Of a DNA stretch of 54,467 bases, positions 34,781-42,771 are shown piece by piece; position 1 is the first letter of the stretch; each line of letters starts with the position of its first letter. The position numbers and the translations under genes were made by a program. The stretch is taken from the IMG/VR virus record IMGVR_UViG_3300045988_123643; one strand, written 5' to 3'. The notes under the pieces are model-generated. The model worked only from the letters and a program-made list of their open reading frames with translations, was not told the origin of the DNA and ran no database searches. Source of the stretch: a virus.

Positions 34781-35002
34781 ATGACCAAGGAAAATGAACG
34801 AAAAAACGGAGTGAATAGCGTTCTCCGGAAGAAAGAACTACAGGAAGCTTTTCAAAGAGGCCTAAGCCTCGGACTCAAAAAAGGAAGAATTGAAGGGATG
34901 ATCACTTACCAATCCCGTATTATCCAAAATTTGGAAAGGGATAATGTCGAAATAACAAAGATGATGGATAGCGTAGATGCTGAGATAAAAAGGGGATATT
35001 AA
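34781..35002 (+). CDS. Counter-strand 73-aa coiled-coil protein in the chaperone/tape-measure gap
   Basis: ORF on the opposite strand inside a 588-bp non-coding interruption of the tail operon. Confidence 0.4.
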   Translation: MTKENERKNGVNSVLRKKELQEAFQRGLSLGLKKGRIEGMITYQSRIIQNLERDNVEITKMMDSVDAEIKRGY

Positions 35003-35104
35003 AAAATCCCCTATATCTTCACAGATACAAGGGACCACAATACTCTAAACCAATTTAATAAAAAAAACAGTTAACCTAATATATAAACACAACAGCAAAT
35101 TACC

Positions 35105-35874
35105 TTAACCCTTGACCTTACCGGCTATATCGTTATACTTCTTTATCCTGATCGTCTTACTAGGATCATCAAAAGAGGGTAGTTCTACCCATTCATAATC
35201 TCTACCTTCAACTTTACCGTCTTCATCAGTAATCTTATTACGCTCTCTCATTACAAATGAGTACTCCTGCAGTAATGTCTCTATCAATCCATAGCTACTA
35301 TCCAACGTCTGGTTAAACGTTAATCCTAGAGCTTCTTTTACAATCACTAGGAATCTGCTTTGGTTGCATCCTTCCAACTTTGCAAATTCTTCTGAGCGGC
35401 TATTATCTCCGTCTCTCGTAGCGGGCTCACGTTCCGAAGCATCGTGATAGAGGTGCAAAAAGGGTGATACCCTATGCGATATATAATTGCATTAAACAGG
35501 ATCCGTATATCCTCCCATGTCGTATTGTCTGCGAGAGCGTTCTTGAACCATTCCGGAGGATCACTAGGCTTATTGTGAATCCCGAGGCAGACGATGTCAA
35601 AAAGCAATCCTCCGTATTTATTCATCAGTTCCGGAAAGTCTGCATTGAGTTCTCCGTCCTTCACAATCATCTTATCAAGATCTTCTTTCTCGACTTCAAG
35701 AAGGAAAGGGCGTATCCGAAACCATGTCCGAACGGTGACAGGCTTTATAACTATGCAATTGCCGGGGTCCTTTCCTTTAGGAATAGAATCCCGGTTAGTA
35801 AATTCGAATGGAATTTTGACAGCCTGATCCGTAACGGATTCAGACTCTTGCTGAAATAAATTCTTTATACTCAT
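35105..35874 (-). CDS. Tail assembly chaperone GT-like fusion produced by a -1 programmed frameshift
   Basis: The -1 frame is open from the slippery site to 35105. After slippage the frame reads L-H-L-Y-H-D-A..., exactly the 117-aa ORF-track product. Confidence 0.6.
35347..35874 (-). CDS. Tail assembly chaperone (G-like, zero-frame product)
   Basis: Lies between the major tail and tape-measure genes. Overlaps a -1 frame ORF in the canonical G/GT arrangement. Confidence 0.7.
   Translation of the reverse strand: MSIKNLFQQESESVTDQAVKIPFEFTNRDSIPKGKDPGNCIVIKPVTVRTWFRIRPFLLEVEKEDLDKMIVKDGELNADFPELMNKYGGLLFDIVCLGIHNKPSDPPEWFKNALADNTTWEDIRILFNAIIYRIGYHPFCTSITMLRNVSPLRETEIIAAQKNLQSWKDATKADS
35458..35464 (-). 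promoter_or_regulatory. Slippery heptamer C CCU UUU (X XXY YYZ) for -1 frameshifting
   Basis: The minus strand reads caC CCU UUU UGC in the G frame (H-P-F-C). The -1 frame is open from the UUG at 35458. Confidence 0.6.
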
Positions 35875-35973
35875 AATTTCATCAAGGAGCCTAGCCCGTT
35901 GTACTTCCGGGCAATACTTCCGGTTATTTGCAACTAACCTTCAATACTTTCAGCTCCATCCTTCAATAGTTTG

Positions 35974-36047
35974 TTCCTGTAGGCGGAATCGAACCGCCGG
36001 TCTCTACATAATCAATGTAGCGCTTTAACCAACTGAGCTATACAGAA
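35974..36047 (-). tRNA. Phage-encoded tRNA, 74 nt, anticodon GAU by standard numbering (Ile), with atypical U1:A72 and U37
   Basis: Cloverleaf by hand: acceptor TTCTGTA/TACAGGA, D arm GCTC-AGTTGGTTA-AAGC, anticodon arm CTACA-TTGATTA-TGTAG, variable AGACC, T arm GGCGG-TTCGATT-CCGCC, discriminator A. No encoded CCA. Confidence 0.8.
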
Positions 36048-36054
36048 CCGTTAT

Positions 36055-36669
36055 TTATTTTTTCGCACCACTTGGAGCAGCTTCTCCGCCTTCGACATTC
36101 GCAGCATTCGCTGGGGCTTCTCCGCCTCCGGCAATAGTAACTACTTCGCGCATGAAAGCAGTCTGTCTCTTACCGTCTGCAGTAACAGCAGCTTGCATAT
36201 ATACACGAACAAGCAACAACTCTGCTTGCTCTGATCCGGGAGCCTGTGAAATCTTTGAGGCGATCTTGCCATTTACGATGGTATAAACGACCTTCTTACC
36301 GTCTTTAGGTAATGTTTCACACTGGAACGTTTTAGAGATAGAAGGAGTACTAAGAGGCTTTTTCCAGATATTTTTTCCTCCTGTTGTATCCACTTCACCG
36401 CCTGCCAGTTCTTTAAGAACCTCATTTGATGGAGTAGGGATGGAGAACTCGACATAATCTGTCGTATCTTTCACCAGTTCAACATAAAAAGGTTCTTCAC
36501 TACCCTCTACTTCAATCTTAACTTCTTTGGGATCTGCAAAGTTAAATGCAACACTTCCTTTGGTTGGAAGGGGATAATCTTTGAGATCTGCACCGGGAAC
36601 ACCGTCACCGACTGTTCCAAATTTAATTCCACCTACGCCCATAGCAATAGGTCTAACTTCTCCTGACAT
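36055..36669 (-). CDS. Major tail protein
   Basis: Position after the neck genes. The ATG at 36669 (MSGEVRPIAMG) abuts the upstream stop. Ala/Gly-rich C-terminal tail. Confidence 0.65.
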   Translation of the reverse strand: MSGEVRPIAMGVGGIKFGTVGDGVPGADLKDYPLPTKGSVAFNFADPKEVKIEVEGSEEPFYVELVKDTTDYVEFSIPTPSNEVLKELAGGEVDTTGGKNIWKKPLSTPSISKTFQCETLPKDGKKVVYTIVNGKIASKISQAPGSEQAELLLVRVYMQAAVTADGKRQTAFMREVVTIAGGGEAPANAANVEGGEAAPSGAKK

Positions 36670-36671
36670 AA

Positions 36672-37058
36672 TTATTGATCTATTAAAATTTCTAATCTGA
36701 TATTTGTACAAGCGAATTTCTCTTTCAGGTCCGGCATTGGAACACTCCAGAGAACTGTCACTTCTTTACATACACCGTCACTACTATTGATTGAATCAAG
36801 CGATTTTCGTACCTTACGCTTTAGCTCTTTCATTCGTTGACGTTGGTTCATTCCATTATCATTCAAGGGAACGAAGATATTGATATTGACAGGCACTTTA
36901 TTAATAAAGTCAAGTTCATTCAGTTGCAGGTGATTAATAACAATATGCTCACTAGTAACACCTGCTTCCGATTTGTCCTTATAAATCACAACATCGGTGC
37001 CCGCAGCGGCCACAGCATTATAAACTATATCTACAGCGTCAAATTCATCCATAATCAA
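36672..37058 (-). CDS. Tail completion/terminator-like neck protein
   Basis: 128-aa ORF in the head-tail joining block. Called by position. Confidence 0.45.
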   Translation of the reverse strand: MIMDEFDAVDIVYNAVAAAGTDVVIYKDKSEAGVTSEHIVINHLQLNELDFINKVPVNINIFVPLNDNGMNQRQRMKELKRKVRKSLDSINSSDGVCKEVTVLWSVPMPDLKEKFACTNIRLEILIDQ

Positions 37059-37546
37059 ATCTTGCTAAAAACTGATTTCAATGTATCCCTTAGATATTTC
37101 TCACATTGCGCATTAGCACCTGAAATAACTTCATATCCTTTTGCTTCAACGGCTGTCGCATACTCCATACCTGCGACACCAACCAATATATAACCACCGG
37201 CATGAGACAGAGATACTTCTTCTGCAAGCCTACGCCCTTTATACTTACCGGTTGTCTTATCAGTCCCTTTATCACTTTCTACGAAGTTCTCTTTGACAAC
37301 CTCGCCGTCTTTGGCTATTACATAACCAACTGAAGAACGAAGATTGCCTGTTTGGTCTTTGTATGAACCACTTTGGCGGGCCACCTGTATAAACTTCTCC
37401 CCACCCGCTTGCAGGAAAACAAGCATCTTATCTTCCGCTTTACTTTGAAAGTGTTCAAGCCAGCGTTCCATTTCATCAAAAGTGAATAGGGGAGTCATGC
37501 CATTTCTCATACGTTGATAATTGAATGTGATTGATAAGGTTCCCAA
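37055..37546 (-). CDS. HK97 gp10-like neck/tail component
   Basis: 163-aa ORF. Called by position and size. Confidence 0.5.
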   Translation of the reverse strand: MGTLSITFNYQRMRNGMTPLFTFDEMERWLEHFQSKAEDKMLVFLQAGGEKFIQVARQSGSYKDQTGNLRSSVGYVIAKDGEVVKENFVESDKGTDKTTGKYKGRRLAEEVSLSHAGGYILVGVAGMEYATAVEAKGYEVISGANAQCEKYLRDTLKSVFSKI

Positions 37547-37818
37547 CAGATAACCGGTATATCAATACCCTTTGATGCTACTTTCAAACGCAAAAACTTA
37601 CTGTCTGCCGGCGGTTGCATTTTGGAGTAGAAATAGCCATGTACTTGCGCTTCATCACCAGCCGAATTATGTTTGAGAATGATTCTTCCATCGCTTACCG
37701 GGTCGTAGCGTCCGGGGACAGATATTTCAACCAGTTTCCCAGAAACCCATTCACCATCAACTAAGCGCCCGTTAGCCTCAATAGTAACTATTGCCGTATG
37801 TGGATACCGTTTTACCAT
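37507..37818 (-). CDS. Head closure protein candidate
   Basis: 103-aa ORF. Called by position. Confidence 0.45.
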   Translation of the reverse strand: MVKRYPHTAIVTIEANGRLVDGEWVSGKLVEISVPGRYDPVSDGRIILKHNSAGDEAQVHGYFYSKMQPPADSKFLRLKVASKGIDIPVICWEPYQSHSIINV

Positions 37819-38144
37819 CTGTTACCAGCTCTTCCTTTGATAATGATTCGTTTCCCAAGTTTAGCAGCTTTCTCCGGTTCCCCGTTTTCTATATACAGCT
37901 GCTTTGCAGTCTGAATATAGAAAGAACGGGGATGAGTGATAGAAAGCTTATTTTCACTGAAATCCGGTGAGTTTACCATCATGGCATACATATCAGCGAC
38001 ACAAAGACCGACCTGCTTCATGCTTTCAGTAGTACATTCTGCTTCAGGGTTGATACCCCGCTTAATGAAGACTACCTTATCCAAGAAGCCTTCCATATCC
38101 TCAATAGATGGATATTCTAGTATTGTTTCTCTGATTGTTGCCAT
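37812..38144 (-). CDS. Head-tail adaptor candidate
   Basis: 110-aa ORF directly after the capsid gene. Confidence 0.45.
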   Translation of the reverse strand: MATIRETILEYPSIEDMEGFLDKVVFIKRGINPEAECTTESMKQVGLCVADMYAMMVNSPDFSENKLSITHPRSFYIQTAKQLYIENGEPEKAAKLGKRIIIKGRAGNRW

Positions 38145-38150
38145 AACTAT

Positions 38151-39326
38151 TTACTCTTCGTCTTCTGCTTCTAAGTTTTCTTTCTCAACTTCCTGACCCA
38201 AGAATTTAGCAGGGATATTGTCTGTTCCTTCTGTAGCTTCATCGGCAGCCCATGCTTTACCGTCTGCTTTCAGAATGTATATCGCTTCCGGATCATTAAC
38301 TACCGGCCATGCGTTTGCTTCTCCCTTGGTCCATTCTTTAAATGGTTCTTCGGTTGACCATTTGGTAATCAGAACAAAATCTTTCTTTACCATCAAGGCT
38401 TTCTTTCTCAGACTCTCAGAATCTTCTGCTGCAATTGGTCCGTGTTGGATATCACCTACACGCAAATCCTCTAAGAAACAAATACGTTTGCGAACCCACG
38501 GACAGATAGTAGTACGTTTGTGGTTCTTATCTTCGATACGGAGCGCCGGATTGATTGTGATAATCTGACATGGGTTTTCTTGTTCTGCAAGATATTCATT
38601 AATCACTTTTTTTGTGATAACGACCTTGGACGTTTGATTGATCCAGCCTTTAATCTTATCAATAGTTGCTTTCTGCTTTTTCAGCAAAGAGAACTCAGTA
38701 GTAAGCATAATAATATAGCGAAGAGACACACCTTCCTTGACTGCATCGGCCAGTACATTTTCAATATCTTGAAGACCATCAGCAGTAGAAGCGGTAGCCC
38801 AATCTACGGAAGATACTTTTTTGTTGGCAGCAGGTATACCCACGCCGACAAATTCCGTAGTTACGATGCCGTTGTTGTTAGAGGATGTCAAGTTGGTTCC
38901 GCCACGTGACATGTATTGCATACTAGCCCATTCCATACGTCCACGGACACCATTATGCACAAAATCGGTATCTTTGAAACCAAGATTTAATAGTTCCAAT
39001 TGATCAGAATCGCCCTGGGCATCGCGTTGTAACTGCTTGTATTCTTGATATTCACTTTCAGTCATTGAGCGCTTAATAGCGGTCTTAGGAATATCACCAG
39101 ACATTTTACCGATCACTTCACGCGTTTTCTCCGGTGCGGATGCATCGAAAGAAATAACGTCAGCAATAACCGGAGCGCCTTTTTCACCAACCAATGTTTC
39201 CCACTTCAATGAAGTAACTCTCTTCACACCAAAGAAATTCGGGTAATACATCGGTTTTACATGACGGGAGTTGAGACGTGCCGCCATGTTTTTCTTGTTA
39301 ATTTGCTTGATTAAGCTTCTTTCCAT
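38151..39326 (-). CDS. Major capsid protein (lambda gpE-like/HK97-fold family)
   Basis: 391 aa. The N-terminal pattern ...MYYPNFFGVKRVTSLKWETL...ADVISFDASAPEKTRE is typical of major capsid protein E-type sequences. Follows the scaffold gene. Confidence 0.75.
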   Translation of the reverse strand: MERSLIKQINKKNMAARLNSRHVKPMYYPNFFGVKRVTSLKWETLVGEKGAPVIADVISFDASAPEKTREVIGKMSGDIPKTAIKRSMTESEYQEYKQLQRDAQGDSDQLELLNLGFKDTDFVHNGVRGRMEWASMQYMSRGGTNLTSSNNNGIVTTEFVGVGIPAANKKVSSVDWATASTADGLQDIENVLADAVKEGVSLRYIIMLTTEFSLLKKQKATIDKIKGWINQTSKVVITKKVINEYLAEQENPCQIITINPALRIEDKNHKRTTICPWVRKRICFLEDLRVGDIQHGPIAAEDSESLRKKALMVKKDFVLITKWSTEEPFKEWTKGEANAWPVVNDPEAIYILKADGKAWAADEATEGTDNIPAKFLGQEVEKENLEAEDEE

Positions 39327-39347
39327 AATGATTTATGAATTAATAGA

Positions 39348-39956
39348 TTATACAAAACGAATGAGAGGCATAAGCTTCTTCAAATCAGCATCGAGAGGGA
39401 ATGGCATATTTCGTTCCTCAATAGTACCTCTTACCATCAATCCACAAGATTGATTAGCAACAGTCAGATCAACTTTAGCCATCGTAATCGCCACCTCAGA
39501 TGTTTCTACTGTTGCCTCGGCAGAACCGGCATCAGTTTTTGCTTTTACAGTAACCAATACCATATCTTTGGCTATTGCACCAATGGCAGCCGCCAGCGTA
39601 ATAGAGTCATAAGCAGCATTACTCTTGTCGATAATAGTAATTTTATCGGATGCTCCATCAAATTTTCCACCGGCAGTCACAAAATCACCTACTGCGAACA
39701 GATGATTTTTAGCTACCTTGATGACTTTTCCAGCTGCTTCTACAGCTTCCGTCACTTTAGCTGTCTTGATGACATGCCAACCACCGTTTTCATCACGTCC
39801 TGCGATACAGTAAGGCGGCAATTCATCTAATGGTTGTCCATCAAACAGGGCCTTTCTCAAATCAGCACGGGCAATAGTGCCACCGCCGACAACATCCTCC
39901 AACATCTTAATGATGGCGGGATGGTACTGAAATTCTTTTTCTTTTTTTAAATACAT
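39348..39956 (-). CDS. Structural protein between scaffold and capsid (possible decoration protein)
   Basis: 202-aa ORF. Called by position only. Confidence 0.4.
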   Translation of the reverse strand: MYLKKEKEFQYHPAIIKMLEDVVGGGTIARADLRKALFDGQPLDELPPYCIAGRDENGGWHVIKTAKVTEAVEAAGKVIKVAKNHLFAVGDFVTAGGKFDGASDKITIIDKSNAAYDSITLAAAIGAIAKDMVLVTVKAKTDAGSAEATVETSEVAITMAKVDLTVANQSCGLMVRGTIEERNMPFPLDADLKKLMPLIRFV

Positions 39957-39976
39957 GATACAATAAAATTTAGTTA

Positions 39977-40678
39977 TTACTCAATACCAAGACTAGCGAC
40001 ACCGCTGGATTCACCAGTTCCTTCTTCTTTATTCATGATATCCAGCCACTCTTTTTCACTACGGTCTTTTACCTGTGATTGTGGGGTGTAGTTACCATTT
40101 TCGATTTCATCTGTCACAGCGGATTGGCGAATTTCAGCATACTCTTCTGCCAATTCCTTAATCTGATCTTCGACAGATATCTCAGAATTTACATCGATAC
40201 GCTTGAACCACTTTTCTGGTAATTTTGCGTTATCAAAGAGAACCTTAGCTGAAGCCTGTTTGCTGGATGTTGTAATATTCCCTGTTAAGGTGGTAACGCT
40301 ATTGGTTAACTCTGATATTTGCTTTTGTTGAGCCTTGAATAGTTTCATCAAAGAGGCGGGAACCCCTTCGAGATCTTCTTCTTCATTTTCTTCATTCTCT
40401 TCTGATTCTGTTGTTTTCTTGGTCTTTTTAGCTGGTTTGATTGGCTTACCGTCTTTCAGACCATTATTTTTCTCATATTCAGCGATAGCATCCTTTTTCG
40501 CTTTTTCTACTGCGGATGTATCTTCAAGATCAGGAAGAATATTGTCTTTGAATAAGGCTACATAAGTAGCAATATCTTCTTCTTTTTCGATTTTGAAAAG
40601 TTTCTGAACCTTAGAGGCGTACTTTTCGTTTACACTAGCGGCTTTCAAGCCTTTCTTAATAGCATCAATGATTATCAT
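39977..40678 (-). CDS. Scaffolding protein
   Basis: 233 aa, acidic, helical, with an E/K-rich central stretch (TESEENEENEEEDLE). Upstream of the capsid gene. Confidence 0.65.
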   Translation of the reverse strand: MIIIDAIKKGLKAASVNEKYASKVQKLFKIEKEEDIATYVALFKDNILPDLEDTSAVEKAKKDAIAEYEKNNGLKDGKPIKPAKKTKKTTESEENEENEEEDLEGVPASLMKLFKAQQKQISELTNSVTTLTGNITTSSKQASAKVLFDNAKLPEKWFKRIDVNSEISVEDQIKELAEEYAEIRQSAVTDEIENGNYTPQSQVKDRSEKEWLDIMNKEEGTGESSGVASLGIE

Positions 40679-40749
40679 AACGATTTTCTATTAAAATATA
40701 AGGGGAGTAATTTTTTCCTTCCGATATATTTTATTCCAAAATCAATGAG

Positions 40750-40757
40750 TATATTTG
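40750..40757 (+). promoter_or_regulatory. -7 box TATATTTG 5 nt upstream of the ATG at 40762 (would give a near-leaderless mRNA)
   Basis: Exact TAnnTTTG match. The region is AT-rich, so a chance match is possible. Confidence 0.3.
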
Positions 40758-40761
40758 CAAT

Positions 40762-41022
40762 ATGGATAAGAAGAAAGAATATAAGGAGAAAGCTAAGATC
40801 CTCGCTCTACAGAATGGATTCGATCAGGTTTCCTATTATGGAGAGTGGAAAGGCTATTTGGCATATACAGCATCCCGGAAAGAAGACAAGGAATGCTGCA
40901 TTGGATATCCTCAATTTATCCTTGTAAAAGATGATACTGGACATTTAGCACCATATACACAATCGGCAGATATTATGGGGATTACTTCTATGCCAAAAGG
41001 CTATACAGAGACACTACTATAA
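40762..41022 (+). CDS. Counter-strand 86-aa protein, convergent with and overlapping the MuF-toxin gene stop (immunity candidate)
   Basis: ORF on the opposite strand within the head module, overlapping 41017..41022. Confidence 0.45.
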   Translation: MDKKKEYKEKAKILALQNGFDQVSYYGEWKGYLAYTASRKEDKECCIGYPQFILVKDDTGHLAPYTQSADIMGITSMPKGYTETLL

Positions 41023-42771
41023 TTTCTTCACTACTCCGTTGATAATATCAGTATTTACTAGAAGATTATCCACGCGAAGTACATTAACGCCATTTTGTAG
41101 TTTAATTCTCTTCGATAAATTAGCCCAGTTTACAATTTCTCCATTTTGAGGGTCATAAATAACAATTTTCCCATCAGTCTTTTTCTCCAAAGTTATTATG
41201 TGTCCCGAATTACCACTTTTCCAAGAAAAATCAATATGATATCTTCCAGGTTCTTTTACCAATTCAATAATATCTTTAGTAAGGGCACTTATGTTTTTAC
41301 TTTTTAAAGCACCGGTTCTGGTTATATCGTATACACCTCCTGCTTTCTTTTTGACAGGTGTTGTCATTGTCTTTGGGTCAATCCAAGCCCAATTTGTTTT
41401 ACCAGATAGTTCATAAGGAATATTCCCGGCTTTCTTTAGGTTCGGTAATGCTGTCACATCATATCCACGCCTTCTCAATTCATTGGAAACAACGCATGAT
41501 TGACAGTTTACACCATATTCATATCCTTTGCCGAAGTTTATATTTCCCCGTAGTTCATTAGCTTCTTCGAAAGTCATTTCTTTACCTCTCTTGATGCCAA
41601 TTTTTTGCTCAATCTTGGTTTGATTGAAGTTTCTCACAAATCGTTCATCCCATCTTTTTTGAATATCATTTTTCTCAGCATCGGTCTTGATGCGCTTTGT
41701 TCTTGATACTTTAATGACTTCGGGTGTAGTAGGCTGGGGAGTTCTCTCTCTTTGCAAATCTCCTTCTTCGCTAAAGTTGTCCTTATACCAAAAAGCAGAT
41801 TGCACCCTGTTTTTATTTTCGTCAACAAAATCCTTTGCTGTTTTGGGAATATCTGTTATAACCTGTTCTTGCGCAACTGTATCGTTTAGCAGGAAATCAG
41901 CAAAGCTGTCCGGTTCCATCGTGATCGGAGTAGCAAAACAGATACAGAAAGGATGAAAACCTGTAAACTTGAACGTTTTCGGATATTTACCTACCATTGC
42001 ATCACATATCTTGCATGGTCCGCGATTATTTGCTGAGCGGTGTATCTCGATGCCTAATATAAAATCCTGTTCGCTCCAACGTTCATAGTCCGCGGTACGA
42101 TAAGACATATTGGTCGATGTAGCTGTAAGACGTAATGCGTTCATCTTTGAACTACGATATATACCTTGCCCTGGGTGATAGTTCTTCATTGGTTGGGACA
42201 TAACAAGTTTCCCATCTTTATCCTTTACCCGGCGAAACCGTTTGTCCGGTTTATTTAGGATTTGTCTAAGATCTTGACCTATCTGTGAGGAACTTCTACC
42301 AACAGATAGACCTGTCTGCAGATAATACTCGAGTTGTGTTTTTGTCTGATCTGCAAGATTCCATACCATTGGAGACAGATTATTGCCACGTGCATCAAGC
42401 CCTTTCCTAAGCTGAGAGAGTGCGTCTTTGTTTGTAGCAAACATTCCTTGTTTCCTTACAGAATCAATGGCCATACCCTTGATGTATTCTGTTATAAAAT
42501 CTTCATTCTTCATTTCAGAGCGCTTCCATGCGTCTATATTGAAGACTGTAAGATTTGTGAGAAGAAGAGACTGCAACTTATCCAACTCCCGGTCCACACA
42601 TTTTTCGACAACTTGATTACGTAGCCATACATTATCACTGCTACGATCTGCCCATTGTTTGAGAAATGGGGTAATAGACAGAATAAATCGATTAAAGATA
42701 TTGGCTACTTCGCTTTGCTGAGCCAATACCTTTTGTATATGCTGCTTGTCGTAGAATGTTAGCCCTTTCAT
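41017..42771 (-). CDS. MuF/SPP1 gp7-family head morphogenesis protein fused to a C-terminal papain-like (Cys-His-Asp) domain
   Basis: The MuF region ends with CKICDAMVGKYPKTFKFTGFHPFCICFATP. The C-terminal roughly 250 aa contains GVNCQSCVV (Cys codon 41503..41505), NSGHIITL (His 41200..41202) and IYDPQNG (Asp 41152..41154). Confidence 0.75.
   Translation of the reverse strand: MKGLTFYDKQHIQKVLAQQSEVANIFNRFILSITPFLKQWADRSSDNVWLRNQVVEKCVDRELDKLQSLLLTNLTVFNIDAWKRSEMKNEDFITEYIKGMAIDSVRKQGMFATNKDALSQLRKGLDARGNNLSPMVWNLADQTKTQLEYYLQTGLSVGRSSSQIGQDLRQILNKPDKRFRRVKDKDGKLVMSQPMKNYHPGQGIYRSSKMNALRLTATSTNMSYRTADYERWSEQDFILGIEIHRSANNRGPCKICDAMVGKYPKTFKFTGFHPFCICFATPITMEPDSFADFLLNDTVAQEQVITDIPKTAKDFVDENKNRVQSAFWYKDNFSEEGDLQRERTPQPTTPEVIKVSRTKRIKTDAEKNDIQKRWDERFVRNFNQTKIEQKIGIKRGKEMTFEEANELRGNINFGKGYEYGVNCQSCVVSNELRRRGYDVTALPNLKKAGNIPYELSGKTNWAWIDPKTMTTPVKKKAGGVYDITRTGALKSKNISALTKDIIELVKEPGRYHIDFSWKSGNSGHIITLEKKTDGKIVIYDPQNGEIVNWANLSKRIKLQNGVNVLRVDNLLVNTDIINGVVKKL

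Noticed and set aside
35901-35970. Short direct repeats TACTTCCGG x2 (35901, 35914) and CCTTCAATA x2 (35937, 35961) between the tRNA and chaperone genes
   Set aside because: They are only 9 bp each, with two copies, and are not found elsewhere. They could be processing or regulatory signals, but the evidence is too thin to call.
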